From an uncultured Burkholderiales bacterium (GTDB taxonomy: Bacteria > Pseudomonadota > Gammaproteobacteria > Burkholderiales > Eutrophovitaceae), in assembly GCA_963925895.1 (NCBI GenBank), contig CAWUVH010000001.1:12859-76858 (forward strand): DNA of 64,000 bases, written 5' to 3'. A model generated the notes under the pieces. It had not been told where the DNA came from, ran no database searches, and saw only the letters and a list, made by a program, of their open reading frames with translations. Positions 39,750 through 49,998 of the stretch are shown in pieces (positions within the stretch are counted from its first letter, which is position 1; each line of letters starts with the position of its first letter). The translations under genes and the position numbers were made by a program.

Positions 39750-40439
39750 TCACGATCTAAACAATCTCGAATACTGCGTTTCGTGTTTCGCGCTTGCTAT
39801 GGCCTGTAATGGCGAAAAATTTGACCAATCATTTACGTCGACCAAGAGTGATGTCCGAACTGCCTCATCCCCTGCAGGTATCAGCACATTCAAAAGTCTC
39901 TGGCCGGCACTCTGTCCAAGCGGCACTGCCTTGATGGCAACGAGAATTTGATTCTCAATGAAAGACCACACATAACTCGTCAGCATTTCATCGACTGATA
40001 AACCATTTTGATTACAGCAAAAAGAGAATCCAACAGGGAAACTTAAATTATCTAATTGCGATAAGAATTCAGTTGAGTGATTAGAAGCAGTGTCCATCTC
40101 TCGGATGACCGCCCGAAGAGCGTATCCCATCTGCAACGTCTCTTTTTGTATCTCAACGGTCTCTCTAGAACTCAAATAATCCAGATTAAGTACTTCAATA
40201 GCTTGGTGATCAACACGATTCCAAGCATCAAACATCTCTCGCAGAATAGGCAGCTCATAGTTCGCATATGGCCCTAGAAGGATTGATGCGACCCACTCGT
40301 ACACTGTTGACTCATTATGAATTCGTTGCGTATCTACCAACCACTCCATTCCCTGAGAATAACTGAACGCCCCGGTAGGTAAGGATTGGCTAGAAAGCCT
40401 CAGCATATTCATCAGATTGTTACGCGTCATCATCGACAC
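39750..40439 (-). CDS. ureF: urease accessory protein UreF
   Basis: 229 aa. LPTGAFSYSQGMEW motif and the position between ureE and ureG. The start may be a downstream Met (about 40412), which would remove the 20-nt overlap with ureE. Confidence 0.88.
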   Translation of the reverse strand: MSMMTRNNLMNMLRLSSQSLPTGAFSYSQGMEWLVDTQRIHNESTVYEWVASILLGPYANYELPILREMFDAWNRVDHQAIEVLNLDYLSSRETVEIQKETLQMGYALRAVIREMDTASNHSTEFLSQLDNLSFPVGFSFCCNQNGLSVDEMLTSYVWSFIENQILVAIKAVPLGQSAGQRLLNVLIPAGDEAVRTSLLVDVNDWSNFSPLQAIASAKHETQYSRLFRS

Positions 40440-40935
40440 TCAAATCGGTCAAAGGGGTGAATTCATGAATTATTGGTCCTCGACCTTTTCCATGCTCTGA
40501 TCCATGACTGTGTCCACCACCGTAGGCTCCGCTCTCGGGATGAAAGGGAGCCGTAACTGCTAGCGTTTGAGCACCCAAACCTTCAACCATATCTTTCAAA
40601 ACCTCATCGTACGCAATACGTAATGAATCCACGTCAATCTCTATTGAGACGTGACGGTTACCAAGGTGATATGCAAGCTGCGCAAGAGATCGTGATGATC
40701 CCCGGTTGATCTGAAGCAGTAATTCATCCTTAGCGACAACTCGGACTACTCTCCCATCCTCACTCATCAAACAATCACCACCGGAAAGAATTGCACCCCG
40801 CTCCAGAAATATACCCACTTCTTCGCCGTCGACACTAAATGTCTTAAATCGAGATTTTTTTCTCACATCAAACGTAAGTGAAACTTCCACATCCACGGTT
40901 GAGGTAGTGTCTGCTCGTTTTGTAATAACCAACAT
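40420..40935 (-). CDS. ureE: urease accessory metallochaperone UreE
   Basis: 171 aa. LAYHLGNRH motif and a His-containing tail GGGHSHGSEHG. Confidence 0.88.
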   Translation of the reverse strand: MLVITKRADTTSTVDVEVSLTFDVRKKSRFKTFSVDGEEVGIFLERGAILSGGDCLMSEDGRVVRVVAKDELLLQINRGSSRSLAQLAYHLGNRHVSIEIDVDSLRIAYDEVLKDMVEGLGAQTLAVTAPFHPESGAYGGGHSHGSEHGKGRGPIIHEFTPLTDLSVDDDA

Positions 40936-40938
40936 GAT

Positions 40939-42645
40939 TTAAAACAAGAAGTATCGCTGCGCCAGCGGCAGTACTGTAGCTGGCTCACACGTTAGCAATT
41001 CACCATCCGCATAAACATGATAATTTTGCGGATCAACCTCTATTTTTGGCTGGAGTGTATTCAAAATCATTGATGCCTTGGAGATCGTTCTCGTATTACG
41101 AACGGGAACAAGACGTTTATTCAGATTTAATTGGCCCCGAACGTTAGAATCAATAGCCGCTTGAGACACAAATGTAACCGAGGAGTGACTCATAGACCCA
41201 CCATAAGCACCGAACATATATCGATAATGAACCGGTTGAGGCGTAGGGATAGAGGCATTAGGGTCCCCCATAAGGGACATTGCAATAACGCCTCCCTTTA
41301 AGATCATAGAGGGTTTTACGCCAAAAAAAGCCGGCTTCCACAGCACAATATCAGCTAACTTACCGACTTCTATCGAACCAACCTCATGAGCAACACCATG
41401 TGTAATTGCTGGGTTTATAGTGTATTTTGACACGTAACGCTTTACGCGAAAATTATCAGACCGATCAGAGTCCTCAGGCAATGGGCCCCGTTGAACTTTC
41501 ATTTTATGAGCCGTTTGCCACGTCCGACAAATAACCTCTCCGACTCGACCCATGGCCTGTGAATCACTCGCTATCATGCTGAACGCACCCAAATCATGCA
41601 GTACGTCTTCAGCTGCGATTGTTTCACGACGTATTCTTGATTCTGCGAAAGCAACATCTTCTGCGATTGCTGGATCCAGATGGTGGCAAACCATCAACAT
41701 GTCTAAATGTTCGTCTATTGTATTGACGGTATACGGGCGTGTCGGATTAGTAGAAGAAGGTAAGACGTTGGCAAAACCACACGCTTTAATGATATCTGGA
41801 GCATGACCTCCACCCGCACCCTCAGTATGGTACGTGTGTATGACTCTGTCCTTAAATGCAGCGAGGGTATCCTCCACAAACCCTGACTCATTCAAAGTGT
41901 CGGTATGAATTGCAACTTGAACATCTAAAGCGTCTGCTACCGTTAAGCAATTATCAATGGACGCAGGCGTGGTGCCCCAATCCTCATGTAACTTCAGGCC
42001 CATAGCACCCGCTGCGATTTGTTCCTCCAACGGCAGTGGTAAACTCGCGTTCCCTTTACCCATGAACCCTAGATTCATAGGAAACGCATCAGCCGATTGA
42101 AGCATCCTCGAAATGTGCCAAGGACCAGGCGTACAAGTTGTAGCATTTGTACCCGTAGCAGGTCCTGTTCCGCCGCCTAACATCGTAGTGATACCGGAAG
42201 ACAATGCTTCTTCAATCTGTTGCGGACAAATAAAATGAATATGAGCGTCAACTCCCCCAGCAGTTACGATAGAGCCCTCGCCTGCAATAATTTCCGTCGC
42301 CGCACCAATCACGATGTCAACTCCTGGTTGCACATCTGGGTTACCTGCTTTACCAATTCCACTGATGCGACCATCCTTTATCGCAATATCAGCTTTGATA
42401 ATTCCCGTATGGTCAACAATTAAAGCATTCGTAATGACTGTGTCCGCAACCGCGTCGGCAGGTCTCTGACCCTGTCCCATTCCGTCACGAATGACTTTTC
42501 CACCACCAAACTTAACTTCCTCCCCTGGTATCGTCTTATCTTCTTCGACCTCAATCCATAAATCGGTGTCCGCCAAACGTACACGATCGCCAACCGTTGG
42601 GCCAAACATCTCCGCATAAGCGCGACGATCGATTTTATTAGTCAT
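40939..42645 (-). CDS. ureC: urease subunit alpha
   Basis: 568 aa. [23 protein letters not shown] (carbamylated Lys region), and MVCHHL. Confidence 0.97.
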   Translation of the reverse strand: MTNKIDRRAYAEMFGPTVGDRVRLADTDLWIEVEEDKTIPGEEVKFGGGKVIRDGMGQGQRPADAVADTVITNALIVDHTGIIKADIAIKDGRISGIGKAGNPDVQPGVDIVIGAATEIIAGEGSIVTAGGVDAHIHFICPQQIEEALSSGITTMLGGGTGPATGTNATTCTPGPWHISRMLQSADAFPMNLGFMGKGNASLPLPLEEQIAAGAMGLKLHEDWGTTPASIDNCLTVADALDVQVAIHTDTLNESGFVEDTLAAFKDRVIHTYHTEGAGGGHAPDIIKACGFANVLPSSTNPTRPYTVNTIDEHLDMLMVCHHLDPAIAEDVAFAESRIRRETIAAEDVLHDLGAFSMIASDSQAMGRVGEVICRTWQTAHKMKVQRGPLPEDSDRSDNFRVKRYVSKYTINPAITHGVAHEVGSIEVGKLADIVLWKPAFFGVKPSMILKGGVIAMSLMGDPNASIPTPQPVHYRYMFGAYGGSMSHSSVTFVSQAAIDSNVRGQLNLNKRLVPVRNTRTISKASMILNTLQPKIEVDPQNYHVYADGELLTCEPATVLPLAQRYFLF

Positions 42646-42950
42646 GTCAAATCTCCCATTACCAGACCCCTAAATCCAAAAACTTTTCGATCTCCCCCAA
42701 ACGCGACTAACTCAACCGTTCTCTTTTGACCTGGCTCAAATCGAACAGCCGTACCAGCTGCAACATTTAAACGAAATCCCCTACTTGGCTCCCGATCAAA
42801 TTCAAGCGCTGAGTTGGTTTCATAAAAATGGTAGTGAGAGCCCACTTGAATCGGCCGATCTCCTGCGTTACATACGACGATGGTGACTAACGTCCTATTT
42901 TGGTTAATTTCTATATCACCTTCTAAGGTCTCAATTTCTCCAGGTATCAT
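42642..42950 (-). CDS. ureB: urease subunit beta
   Basis: Starts MIPGEIE…, with [16 protein letters not shown]. The stop overlaps the ureC start by 4 nt. The ORF-track start at 42968 would overlap ureA. Confidence 0.94.
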   Translation of the reverse strand: MIPGEIETLEGDIEINQNRTLVTIVVCNAGDRPIQVGSHYHFYETNSALEFDREPSRGFRLNVAAGTAVRFEPGQKRTVELVAFGGDRKVFGFRGLVMGDLT

Positions 42951-42960
42951 GCTTAGCTCC

Positions 42961-43263
42961 TCAAACAATCGGTTGATGAACGGTTACTAACTTGGTCCCA
43001 TCGGGGAAGGTCGCCTCGACCTGAATCTCTGGGATCATCTCTGGCACCCCCTCCATCACCTGGGAGCGCGCCAACAATGTTGCACCGTATGACATTAAAT
43101 CCGCTACCGTTCTACCTTCTCGCGCACCCTCCATGATCTCTGCAGAAATATAGGCTACAGCCTCTGGATAATTCAGAAGCAACCCTTTTTTGAGGCGTCT
43201 TTCCGCCAGCAAACTCGCAGTAAATATTAATAATTTATCTTTCTCTCGCGGAGTTAAATTCAT
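42961..43263 (-). CDS. ureA: urease subunit gamma
   Basis: 100 aa. [23 protein letters not shown]…[10 protein letters not shown]. Confidence 0.95.
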   Translation of the reverse strand: MNLTPREKDKLLIFTASLLAERRLKKGLLLNYPEAVAYISAEIMEGAREGRTVADLMSYGATLLARSQVMEGVPEMIPEIQVEATFPDGTKLVTVHQPIV

Positions 43264-43290
43264 TGAATCACCTCATTCAATTATTACGCA

Positions 43291-44127
43291 TTAAGTATTC
43301 CAAATTCGAGGCTTAACGGCCGAACGCAGAAAATAAACCGGTCGTAACCTCGCCCATATCGCTGTGAAAATATCGCGCCCAGCCTCGATGTCTGCCCCAA
43401 CCCATCGCGCGATTAATACCCCATCCATCCAAGTTAAAGCGCAATGCATTTCACCTTCGGCGATCTTTCTTAAATCTTCAATTAGCGCAGGATTCTGATC
43501 TAAACCAACAATGAACATTGTTCCGTAATTGGAATATCCATCCAAAATTCCAGGACCATCCATTAAGCGATCTGGGTCGAAAAGCGTACGCTCCGTAAAT
43601 ATTGGAATACCATCAATTAAGATTTTAGTTTTTTGCTTGAGTTGACCGTGTAAGAGAGGGGCATGTTTTACGTGACGACCTAACGAATAGAAATCCCAAC
43701 CGACAAAAATAGCACCTGACTCAACATTGACCTCTGTTACAACATCGACCAAGCATCTATTAAAGATGATATTCTCCTGCGGAAGCCACTCACAGATACT
43801 CTCTGCAGCCAGGTTTAGTGTTATGAATTGTTTTGAGGGACTACCGAAGCTTTCATACCACTTTGTAGCACCGGGAGTAGTTAGTTGAACCCTAGCCCCC
43901 ACATCCAAATCGCAACTAACCCTTAATTCATCACCACCAGCAATACCTCCTGGAGGATGAACAATCAAGATTTGACAAAGCTCAGGGCCTTCTGGGTACA
44001 GCGCTTTTTGAACGACAAGTGGTCCCTCGTGTTTATTTCGGATCATTGCCGTCCTGCCCTCACGCAAACCAAAAGCAAGTTGCAAATCCGCAAACCAAGA
44101 AGGTGATGGACTGTCAGTTAAGTTCAT
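43291..44127 (-). CDS. ureD: urease accessory protein UreD
   Basis: 278 aa. Called from its position ahead of ureABC and UreD-like motifs (LIVHPPGGIAGGD). The start overlaps the urtE stop by 4 nt. Confidence 0.88.
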   Translation of the reverse strand: MNLTDSPSPSWFADLQLAFGLREGRTAMIRNKHEGPLVVQKALYPEGPELCQILIVHPPGGIAGGDELRVSCDLDVGARVQLTTPGATKWYESFGSPSKQFITLNLAAESICEWLPQENIIFNRCLVDVVTEVNVESGAIFVGWDFYSLGRHVKHAPLLHGQLKQKTKILIDGIPIFTERTLFDPDRLMDGPGILDGYSNYGTMFIVGLDQNPALIEDLRKIAEGEMHCALTWMDGVLIARWVGADIEAGRDIFTAIWARLRPVYFLRSAVKPRIWNT

Positions 44128-44822
44128 ACTGATAAATAATGCCTAACATTATCAACATCCATATCTTCACCCAAACCCGACTTGATGACTTCCCCGCGCT
44201 GAAGAATAATGTAATGATCGGCAAGATCTTTTGCAAAATCATAATATTGCTCCACCAATAAGATGGCCATGTCACCCCGCGCAGCTAACAAGCGAATCGC
44301 ATTACCAATATCTTTGATAATCGATGGCTGAATACCCTCGGTAGGCTCATCAAGAATCAAAATGTTTGGTGACATCGCGAGTGCCCTACCTATCGCTAGT
44401 TGCTGCTGCTGCCCACCAGATAAGTCCCCTCCACGTCGATGGAGCATTTCATTTAAAACTGGGAACATATCAAATATTTCATGAGGCAAGTCCGATAGCT
44501 CTCCTCTAGATTTTGTCGCAAGGCCCATTAACAAATTTTCCTCAACTGTCAATCGCGCGAATATTTCTCTCCCTTGCGGCACATAACCAACACCTTGACG
44601 AGCTCGAACATAAGATGGTTGTCCTGTGACGTCTGAACCATTGACATGAATCGTTCCACTTGTCGTCTCTAAAACCCCCATCAAACAGTTGAGAAGTGTA
44701 GTTTTACCAACTCCATTTCTACCTAGTAAAGTCGTTACAGCCCCAGTGGGCACTGTGAAGCTTACATTTTTTAGAGTATGGCTAGAGCCATAATATTGAT
44801 TAATATTTTTAACTTCCAACAT
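44124..44822 (-). CDS. urtE: urea ABC transporter ATP-binding protein UrtE
   Basis: 232 aa. GRNGVGKTT Walker A and LSGGQQQQLAIGRAL signature. It is the last gene of a five-gene branched-chain-type ABC set adjacent to the urease genes. Confidence 0.9.
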   Translation of the reverse strand: MLEVKNINQYYGSSHTLKNVSFTVPTGAVTTLLGRNGVGKTTLLNCLMGVLETTSGTIHVNGSDVTGQPSYVRARQGVGYVPQGREIFARLTVEENLLMGLATKSRGELSDLPHEIFDMFPVLNEMLHRRGGDLSGGQQQQLAIGRALAMSPNILILDEPTEGIQPSIIKDIGNAIRLLAARGDMAILLVEQYYDFAKDLADHYIILQRGEVIKSGLGEDMDVDNVRHYLSV

Positions 44823-44827
44823 AATTT

Positions 44828-45646
44828 TTAACGCCCCAAATAGACTTCAATCACACGATCATTCGATTGCACGTCCTCCATGCGACCTTCGGCTAACACT
44901 GCACCCTCGTGTAAAACGGTGACTGTCGATGCAATCTCCGCAACAAACTCCATATCATGCTCAACAACCACTAACGAGCGCTCTCCTGCGAGAGACTTGA
45001 AAAGCTTTGCTGTTTTCGCAGTCTCGTCGTCAGTCATCCCCGCTACTGGTTCATCCAACAATAAAAGTTTTGGCTCTTGCATCAGCAGCATGCCAATTTC
45101 AAGCCACTGTTTCTGCCCATGCGAAAGCAACCCAGCCAATCGGCCTGCCTGATTAACCAAGTCTATAATTTCCATCGTTTCGGTAATTTTTTTTATCTGT
45201 GATCTTTTTCTTTTAGCGAAGAGACTAACCCAAACCCGCTTATCGTACTGCATGGCCAACTCTAAATTTTCGAATACTGTGTGATTCTCGAAAACCGTTG
45301 GTTTTTGGAATTTACGGCCGATCCCAGCAGATGCGATTTGAGGTTCATTCATTCTACTCAGATCAATTGTTTGCCCAAAAAACACCGTCCCAGAATCGGG
45401 TTTTGTTTTACCTGTAATCACATCCATCATTGTGGTCTTACCCGCGCCATTCGGACCAATAATGCATCTAAGCTCACCCGCATCTACTGTTAAAGAGAGG
45501 GCATCTAATGCTTTAAAACCATCGAAACTTACGGAAATGTCGTCAAGATACAAAATAGGACCGTGTGACGTATCGACCCCTCTCCGTGCGACACTTCCTA
45601 AAGTATTTTTTCTAATGGGGTCTTTTATCCCTAAGGTTTCCTTCAT
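44828..45646 (-). CDS. urtD: urea ABC transporter ATP-binding protein UrtD
   Basis: 272 aa. GPNGAGKTT, LSHGQKQWLEIGM, and LLLDEP. Confidence 0.9.
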   Translation of the reverse strand: MKETLGIKDPIRKNTLGSVARRGVDTSHGPILYLDDISVSFDGFKALDALSLTVDAGELRCIIGPNGAGKTTMMDVITGKTKPDSGTVFFGQTIDLSRMNEPQIASAGIGRKFQKPTVFENHTVFENLELAMQYDKRVWVSLFAKRKRSQIKKITETMEIIDLVNQAGRLAGLLSHGQKQWLEIGMLLMQEPKLLLLDEPVAGMTDDETAKTAKLFKSLAGERSLVVVEHDMEFVAEIASTVTVLHEGAVLAEGRMEDVQSNDRVIEVYLGR

Positions 45647-45650
45647 TGAT

Positions 45651-46760
45651 TTAACTCTCTATTTTTTTGAATTTATTCTTTAATTTAGAAAACAAACCGA
45701 CTATCCCAAAGGGCAGGCATAGTGTTACTAAAATAAATAGTAATCCTAAGAAAAAAAGCCAATACTCCGGAAAGGCTTGCGTGAAGAAACTCTTAGCGCC
45801 ATTTACAGCTGCGGCACCTATCACGGGCCCGAGGATAGTGCCTCGCCCACCGACAGCCACCCATACCGCGATCTCAATAGAATTTGCTGGAGACATCTCG
45901 CTGGGATTGATGATGCCGACTTGAGGCACATATAAAGCACCCGCGATACCACAGATGATCGCAGAGAGTGTCCAAATGAAAAGTTTAAAACGAATCGGGT
46001 CATAGCCGCAAAACATCAGACGCGACTCGGAATCTCTAATAGCAGTCAATATTCGACCAAACTTGGATTTAATCAATACTCGAGAGAGAACCAAAACAAG
46101 TAGTAAGAAAAATGCACTAAGTCCAAACAATGCTGCGCGCATCGTTGGATCAGTTAGGGAGTAACCCAGTATTCGTTTAAAGTCAGTAAACCCGTTATTA
46201 CCTCCAAAACCCGTCTCGTTACGGAAAAATAACAACATAAACGCGTACGTGAGCGCTTGAGTAATAATTGAAAAATACACGCCTTTAATACGAGACCGAA
46301 AAGCAAAATATCCGAATATGAAGGCCAGAACTCCAGGCACTAAGACGACTAACATGATCGCCCACAAAAAACTATCTGTGCCTAACCAATGCAACGGGTA
46401 CTCTTTCCAATCGAGAAAAACCATAAAATCAGGTAGATCGCTCTGATACTGACCATCCTGACCAATTTGCCGCATGAGATACATCCCAAAAGAATACCCA
46501 CCAAGAGCAAAAAACAAACCTTGCCCAAGGGATAAGATTCCCGCATACCCCCATATCAAATTCATTGCCACGGCGACTATGCAATAACACATAATTTTGC
46601 CAATTAGCGTCACGGTGTAGGAAGAAATATGAAATGCACCACCATCTGGAATAAAGAGATACATCCACGGCACAACGATAAGAGTTAGTACAGCGAATGT
46701 TATCAATCCAAGCCAACCAAGCTTAGAAAATAACGGTTCAATATTTGGTTGATACTGCAT
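45651..46760 (-). CDS. urtC: urea ABC transporter permease UrtC
   Basis: 369 aa polytopic LivM-like permease in the urt gene order. Confidence 0.9.
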   Translation of the reverse strand: MQYQPNIEPLFSKLGWLGLITFAVLTLIVVPWMYLFIPDGGAFHISSYTVTLIGKIMCYCIVAVAMNLIWGYAGILSLGQGLFFALGGYSFGMYLMRQIGQDGQYQSDLPDFMVFLDWKEYPLHWLGTDSFLWAIMLVVLVPGVLAFIFGYFAFRSRIKGVYFSIITQALTYAFMLLFFRNETGFGGNNGFTDFKRILGYSLTDPTMRAALFGLSAFFLLLVLVLSRVLIKSKFGRILTAIRDSESRLMFCGYDPIRFKLFIWTLSAIICGIAGALYVPQVGIINPSEMSPANSIEIAVWVAVGGRGTILGPVIGAAAVNGAKSFFTQAFPEYWLFFLGLLFILVTLCLPFGIVGLFSKLKNKFKKIES

Positions 46761-48386
46761 TTATCCCTCCACGGAACGTCCCTTTAGGGCAAACAACCCT
46801 TGAGGACGCTTTTGAATAACAGCAATGATGAATACAAGGATAATAATTTTAGTTAAAACAGCCCCAACACCAGGCTCAATGAATTTGGAGAACACTCCAA
46901 GACCGAGCGCCGCGTATACCGTTCCAGCTAATTGCCCCACACCACCAAGCACTACAACCATGAATGAATCAATGATGTACGCCTGACCAAGGTCCGGTCC
47001 GACATTACCTATTTGAGATAAAGCAACGCCAGCTAAGCCTGCAATACCGGAACCTAAGCCGAATGCAAGCATATCGACCTTAGCCGTGTTAACCCCAACA
47101 CAAGCTGCCATACTTCGGTTTTGTGTGACGCTACGGATAAATAGTCCTAGCCTAGTTTGACTAATCAGCAACCAAATACCAATAAGCACCAAGGCAGCAA
47201 AAACAATAATAGCAATACGGTTAAGAGGCATGACGATATTCCATACTTCAACGCCTCCCGACAACCAAGTTGGGTTTGACACCTCAACGTTTTGCGCTCC
47301 AAAAATCTGTCTAACCAACTGAATTAGAAAAAGACTAATACCCCAAGTGGCCAATAGCGTTTCAAGTGGACGACCATATAACCAACGAATAACAGTACGC
47401 TCAAGCACGACACCAATGATGGCCGAAGAAAGAAATGCCATCGGAATGGCAGCCAAAACATATAGGTCAAAATAGCTTGGTAGATAATTAACAAACAGTT
47501 GTTGTGTCACGTAAGTTGCGTAGGCACCAATCATCAACATCTCTCCATGAGCAAGATTGATCACGCCCAGCAGTCCATATGTAATCGCGAGACCCATCGC
47601 GGCAAGAAGTAAAATGCTACCTAGAGATAACCCGCTAAATAAACGCCCAAAATAATCGATAAACGTGAGTTTCCGATCGATAGCAGTGACAGCGAATTCT
47701 ATCGCCACCCTGACTTCAGCAGATACCTCTTCAAATTCACCTGATTCATTTTTTTCTAATTTAGCTACTAGCAATTCTCGTACACGTCGTTCACTGCTCG
47801 ACGTTAAATAGTTAACCGCGTCGATTCGCTCTTGCTCATCAGGGCTATCCAACAAAATGATGGATTGACTCTCTTGTAAAATTCGTCTGATCTCCTCATC
47901 AGATTCCTGAGCGAGGGCTTTATTTAAAAAAGTCAGCAATAAAGGGGATAGATTGTCCCGTAAAGACTTCGCTGAGGTAAGGCGTATTTCCCTATCATCC
48001 GATAACAATTGAAGTACGCCCACTGCGCTCTCGAGCTGGGACCGCATACGGTTATTGACAATAACCGTGTTGTAGGTGTCAGGCTGAGGGTCGAGCATCT
48101 CCAATGTGATCGCATCAATCACATCCCAATCATCATTTTCCAGAACAATTTGGCCCGTGTCGGTAACTAATAACTCGCTGTTTTGAAGCTCTTTCAGCAA
48201 TCTAAGCGCATCTGAATCTCCGACTAGTGCAATCTTATCAATAGCTTTGAGACGCTCCATCACATGCTCTGACGCCAACCCAGATATATCCGTTCGATCA
48301 AGCGCTGTACCGACCATAGGAAAGGCGAGCGCAAGGAAACTTAAAATAAATAATAATGCGTTTCGTTTGTTATTCAACATGCTCAC
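46761..48386 (-). CDS. urtB: urea ABC transporter permease UrtB with an N-terminal extension of about 240 aa
   Basis: 541 aa. A LivH-like permease core starts at about residue 241. It is preceded by a signal-like helix and a helical-repeat region. Confidence 0.88.
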   Translation of the reverse strand: MSMLNNKRNALLFILSFLALAFPMVGTALDRTDISGLASEHVMERLKAIDKIALVGDSDALRLLKELQNSELLVTDTGQIVLENDDWDVIDAITLEMLDPQPDTYNTVIVNNRMRSQLESAVGVLQLLSDDREIRLTSAKSLRDNLSPLLLTFLNKALAQESDEEIRRILQESQSIILLDSPDEQERIDAVNYLTSSSERRVRELLVAKLEKNESGEFEEVSAEVRVAIEFAVTAIDRKLTFIDYFGRLFSGLSLGSILLLAAMGLAITYGLLGVINLAHGEMLMIGAYATYVTQQLFVNYLPSYFDLYVLAAIPMAFLSSAIIGVVLERTVIRWLYGRPLETLLATWGISLFLIQLVRQIFGAQNVEVSNPTWLSGGVEVWNIVMPLNRIAIIVFAALVLIGIWLLISQTRLGLFIRSVTQNRSMAACVGVNTAKVDMLAFGLGSGIAGLAGVALSQIGNVGPDLGQAYIIDSFMVVVLGGVGQLAGTVYAALGLGVFSKFIEPGVGAVLTKIIILVFIIAVIQKRPQGLFALKGRSVEG

Positions 48387-48494
48387 GTCAACTTAACCAC
48401 AAAAAGCCTGCTGCTTGAAGCAAAGGCAGACCTTTTGTGTATTTTGTTTGCACTGGTAATTTAAACAATTTCATACCAGCACCAGAGGAGATTA

Positions 48495-49745
48495 TTACAA
48501 TCCCTGCTTACTCTCGTTGCCGGTAATAAATGGGCTCCAAGGCTGAGCTCTGATGGGAGTCTTAGTACTCCAAACCACCTGAAATTGGCCGTTTGGAAGG
48601 ATCTCGCCAATCATAACTGGCTTATGAAGATGGTGATTTGTCGCATCCATAGTAAGTGTAAAGCCGGATGGCGCTTTGAATGTCTGACCACCCATTGCAT
48701 CACGGACTGCATCTACGTCCGTAGTTCCAGCCTGCTCTACCGCCTGTGCCCACATCTTGATTCCAACGTAGGTAGCCTCCATCGGATCATTAGTTACTAC
48801 AGTATCAAGATTAGGGACGCCGTTTTTCTTGGCCCATGCCTTGTACATTTTAGTAAATGATCTGTTTTGCTTACCTTTAACCGACATGAAATAATTCCAA
48901 GCAGCCAAGTGCCCAAGTAATGGCTTAGTGTCAATGCCTCGGAGCTCTTCCTCACCAACAGAGAATGCCACGACAGGGACATCAGTTGCTTTCAAGCCTG
49001 CATTACCCAACTCTTTGTAAAATGGAACATTAGAGTCACCATTAATAGTAGACACTACAGCCGTTTTCCCACCAGCAGAGAATTTTTTAATATCAGCAAC
49101 AATGGTTTGATAATCACTGTGACCAAAAGGCGTATAAACCTCTTCAATATCTGACTCTTCAACACCCTTAGAAATCAAGAAAGCTCGGAGGATTTTGTTG
49201 GTTGTTCGAGGATAAACATAGTCTGTCCCCAAAAGATACCAACGCTTAGCTCCACCACCCTCTTCACTCATCAAATATTCAACTGCTGGAATAGCTTGTT
49301 GATTCGGAGCGGCTCCGGTATAGAACACATTTTGTGATAACTCTTCCCCCTCGTACTGAACGGGATAAAACAGAAGATTATTTAATTCTTCGAAAACTGG
49401 TAATACAGATTTTCTTGATACAGAGGTCCAACAGCCAAAAACGACATCAACCTCATCCTGCGTGATTAGCTGTCTAGCTTTTTCAGCAAACAGTGGCCAG
49501 TTTGATGCAGGGTCAACCACTACTGGCTCAAGTTGTTTACCCAATAATCCGCCATTAGCATTGATTTCCTCAATAGTCATGAGCGCTGTATTCTTCAACG
49601 CCGTCTCCGAAATGGCCATTGTTCCCGACAAAGAATGCAGGATACCAACCTTAATGGTTTCCTCAGCCTGGGCCGTCATTGCAAATGCAGAACTAATTCC
49701 GAGTGTCGCACCAATTACAGTTTTTATGAATTGCTTTCGGTTCAT
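48495..49745 (-). CDS. urtA: urea ABC transporter substrate-binding protein UrtA
   Basis: Starts at Met45 of the ORF-track protein (MNRKQFIKTVIGATLGISSAFAMTAQA, a signal peptide) followed by a LivK-like fold. The longer ORF would run through the predicted sigma-54 promoter. Confidence 0.9.
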   Translation of the reverse strand: MNRKQFIKTVIGATLGISSAFAMTAQAEETIKVGILHSLSGTMAISETALKNTALMTIEEINANGGLLGKQLEPVVVDPASNWPLFAEKARQLITQDEVDVVFGCWTSVSRKSVLPVFEELNNLLFYPVQYEGEELSQNVFYTGAAPNQQAIPAVEYLMSEEGGGAKRWYLLGTDYVYPRTTNKILRAFLISKGVEESDIEEVYTPFGHSDYQTIVADIKKFSAGGKTAVVSTINGDSNVPFYKELGNAGLKATDVPVVAFSVGEEELRGIDTKPLLGHLAAWNYFMSVKGKQNRSFTKMYKAWAKKNGVPNLDTVVTNDPMEATYVGIKMWAQAVEQAGTTDVDAVRDAMGGQTFKAPSGFTLTMDATNHHLHKPVMIGEILPNGQFQVVWSTKTPIRAQPWSPFITGNESKQGL

Positions 49746-49845
49746 TCTTATGATCCTTAAACGGTAGTTAAAAAAATGTTTCCTCACCCCAGCAACTGAA
49801 ATTATTAAGATCAACTTCAGATCCTGAACTGCTGATAGAGTACAA

Positions 49846-49861
49846 AGCACAAACCGTGCCA
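49846..49861 (-). promoter_or_regulatory. sigma-54 (-24/-12) promoter for urtA
   Basis: The minus strand reads TGGCACGgtttGTGCT, which fits GG-N10-GC with one mismatch to TGGCACG-N4-TTGCW. It lies about 100 nt upstream of the urtA ATG. Confidence 0.55.
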
Positions 49862-49998
49862 TGATAAAAAAAATCATAAAAAACAGATGCTTAAATTAGA
49901 AGCACGCCACATAAATCAAATGACATGAGATTGCAACGAGTGATAACGAGATAAAACGCACTAACTGCACTCACCGCACGACAAAAAGGCAGAACTGG

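Noticed and set aside
40420-40439. The 20-nt ureE/ureF overlap as a sign of a frameshift or pseudogene
   Set aside because: Both reading frames are full length with family motifs. UreF has downstream in-frame Met codons (about 40412) that remove the overlap.
49746-49877. The 44-residue N-terminal extension of UrtA given by the longest ORF
   Set aside because: The signal peptide starts at Met45, and the extension would be translated across the predicted sigma-54 promoter.
49966-49982. A second NtrC site (TGCACTCACCGCACGAC)
   Set aside because: Only one half-site (TGCAC) is convincing and the second half does not match GGTGCA. This is too weak to call.
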